Positions 63,284-64,000 of a DNA stretch of 64,000 bases are shown here, piece by piece. Positions within the stretch are counted from its first letter, which is position 1; every line of letters begins with the position of its first letter. Source of the stretch: Nitrospirota bacterium (GTDB lineage Bacteria; Nitrospirota; UBA9217); the NCBI GenBank assembly GCA_963845065.1, contig CAWJQQ010000009.1, forward strand, positions 1,216,001-1,280,000, read 5' to 3'. The position numbers and the translations under genes were made by a program. Under the pieces are notes generated by a model, which was not told the DNA's origin, did not search any database, and worked only from the letters and a program-made list of their open reading frames with translations.

Positions 63284-64000
63284 GTGAATCCGACGATCGT
63301 AATTCTTGCAGCAGGTCTCGGTACGCGCATGAAATCCGGCCTGGCAAAAGCACTTCATCCCCTAGCCGGGTTGCCACTGATAAAGCATGTGCTGAATGCA
63401 GCATCAGGAGTTGAACCGGAAAAGATTATCCTGGTGCTGGGACATCAGGCCGACCAGGTAACGAACGCACTCGGGGATTCTCGAGTTGTGATTGTGATAC
63501 AGGCCGAACAGCTCGGAACGGGTCATGCCGTGCAACAGGCGGCAGACTCCATCTTAGCTGGTTCCGGTCCGGTTATGATCTTGTGCGCCGATACACCGCT
63601 TTTGACGAGTCGAACGCTCAAAGACGTCACGGCTCTCCATAAAAAATCGCACGCTGCGATCACGCTCCTGACCTTTCGGACAAAAAATCCATTCGGGTAC
63701 GGTAGGATAGTGCGTAGTAAGAGCGGTGTCATGCGCGTCGTTGAAGAAAAGGACGCCACTGCGGCGCAGAAAAAGATCGAGGAAGTAAATGCTGGTATCT
63801 ACTGTTTCGACCCTGCGTTCCTGCTTTCCTCTCTCTCCTCGCTGGGAAAGAACAATGCTCAGGGCGAGTACTATCTTACGGACACGATCGAACTTGCACG
63901 GAAAAAGAAGCGCACAGTTGCGGCGATGCTGTGCAGCGATCCGGATGAAGTAATGGGGGTAAATTCTCGATACGATTTAAGCCGCGCCGAGGACATCATT
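63284..64000 (+). CDS. glmU: Bifunctional GlmU, 3' truncated by window
   Basis: GTG start. VILAAGLGTRMKS..KALHPLAG, EQLGTGHAV, GYGRIVR, EVNAGIY, NAQGEYYLTD. Confidence 0.95.
   Translation, partial: MNPTIVILAAGLGTRMKSGLAKALHPLAGLPLIKHVLNAASGVEPEKIILVLGHQADQVTNALGDSRVVIVIQAEQLGTGHAVQQAADSILAGSGPVMILCADTPLLTSRTLKDVTALHKKSHAAITLLTFRTKNPFGYGRIVRSKSGVMRVVEEKDATAAQKKIEEVNAGIYCFDPAFLLSSLSSLGKNNAQGEYYLTDTIELARKKKRTVAAMLCSDPDEVMGVNSRYDLSRAEDII

Noticed and set aside
1..64000. Many antisense or overlapping ORFs in the six-frame track; tRNA/rRNA genes
   Set aside because: The ORFs are shadows of well-supported genes, and I saw no cloverleaf or rRNA signatures.

Overview
Bacterial chromosomal window, ~64 kb. 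Gene content and synteny suggest a Nitrospirota or deltaproteobacteria-like organism (inference). About 1-19 kb is a core + strand block: JAMM protease, MoaD/ThiS-like sulfur carrier, NIL protein, apgM-like gene, lysC, cimA, rseC, an EF-G paralog, an M16 peptidase, dut, mutL-miaA-hfq, mtnP, a PfkB kinase, pilF/tgl and rodZ. About 19-33 kb holds mostly - strand singletons (Mut7-C, copA, pfkB, atypical pgk, DsrE, ndk, ilvB, a membrane ankyrin protein) with small IS-end relics between them. About 33-56 kb is a mobile-element hotspot. It contains a dead IS4 split by a frameshifted tnpB-only IS605 element, a decayed pst operon (pstB and phoU intact, pstA and pstC pseudogenes, no pstS), an IS1634 with a divergent passenger gene, an IS1380, an IS607 relic, a full IS607 with an atypical TnpB, phoBR, and a full IS200/IS605 (tnpA+tnpB). 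About 56-64 kb is a T2SS/T4P-like pilMNOP-secretin-pseudopilin cluster, DUF502 and a partial glmU. I found no CRISPR array, rRNA or tRNA. The strongest observations are three: base-resolved IS605 junctions predicting two different TAMs (TTTAC vs TTGAC) for two related TnpBs, an IS1634 with an apparent built-in regulator/operator module, and a Zn-finger-less IS607 TnpB. All protein calls come from motif recognition, not database searches.
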